This document shows positions 59,726 through 60,000 of a stretch of 60,000 bases of DNA, in pieces. The stretch is from NCBI RefSeq assembly GCF_009834535.1, contig NC_045697.1, positions 118,608,001 to 118,668,000 on the forward strand, read 5' to 3'. Source of the DNA: Camelus ferus. Its lineage: Eukaryota. The translations under genes were made by a program, and so were the position numbers. The notes beneath the pieces are model-generated. The model made no database searches. It was not told the DNA's origin and was given only the letters and a program-made list of their open reading frames with translations. Positions within the stretch are counted from its first letter, which is position 1; each line of letters begins with the position of its first letter.

Positions 59726-60000
59726 GTTGAAAAAAATCACTTGCATTTCCTGAAACGCAACTGAAGATAGTATTTTTGCCAACTTACTTTTCAATTCCTC
59801 TTTTAAAATTGACCTTGGCAGTTTTGCCTGATATTTGTACATCAAACTTCACAGTAAATTTATACACCACAAATCCGCTGCAAAAAGTTCAGAGTGAGAG
59901 ATGTGTTTGATAAGGTGACATTAATAATATCCTGTCAATTCTATATTCATATATCTTCCAACTCATTTGGAAATTTTTAGCTCCAGATGAAAGCAATTCA

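Noticed and set aside
1..60000. CRISPR arrays, operons or any novel multi-gene system
   Set aside because: This is eukaryotic, repeat-rich non-coding DNA. I saw no regularly spaced repeat-spacer array and no intact coding genes

Overview
This is mammalian genomic DNA, most likely camelid (alpaca/llama/camel). The inference rests on five tRNA-Ala(AGC)-derived SINEs of the vic-1 type and on artiodactyl-style L1 3' ends. I could not support any protein-coding exon. The ORFs in the track are explained by GC-rich DNA, microsatellites or decayed transposons, including recognisable L1 ORF1/ORF2 and CR1/L3 RT relics. The main functional element is a ~1.4 kb CpG-island promoter (~11.17-12.56 kb). It has four consensus 5' splice donors on the minus strand, which suggests alternative non-coding first exons of an unidentified minus-strand gene. 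On that reading, 1-11.2 kb is its first intron and 12.6-60 kb is gene-free upstream DNA. A spliced divergent (+ strand) non-coding transcript is plausible from splice signals at 12918 and 13644-13729. The rest is a dense transposon record: L1, L2, L3/CR1, MIR, MaLR, MER21, several ERV solo LTRs with target-site duplications (TSDs), Tigger1/MER2/MER8 MITEs and vic-1 SINEs. The most striking structures are a head-to-head inverted pair of independently inserted solo LTRs (17163-18642), a twin-primed inverted L1 with a 16-bp TSD (42001-42249), and several nested or tandem insertions. I see no evidence of a new multi-gene biological system. Repeat subfamily names and the boundaries of old elements come from recognition by eye and are approximate.
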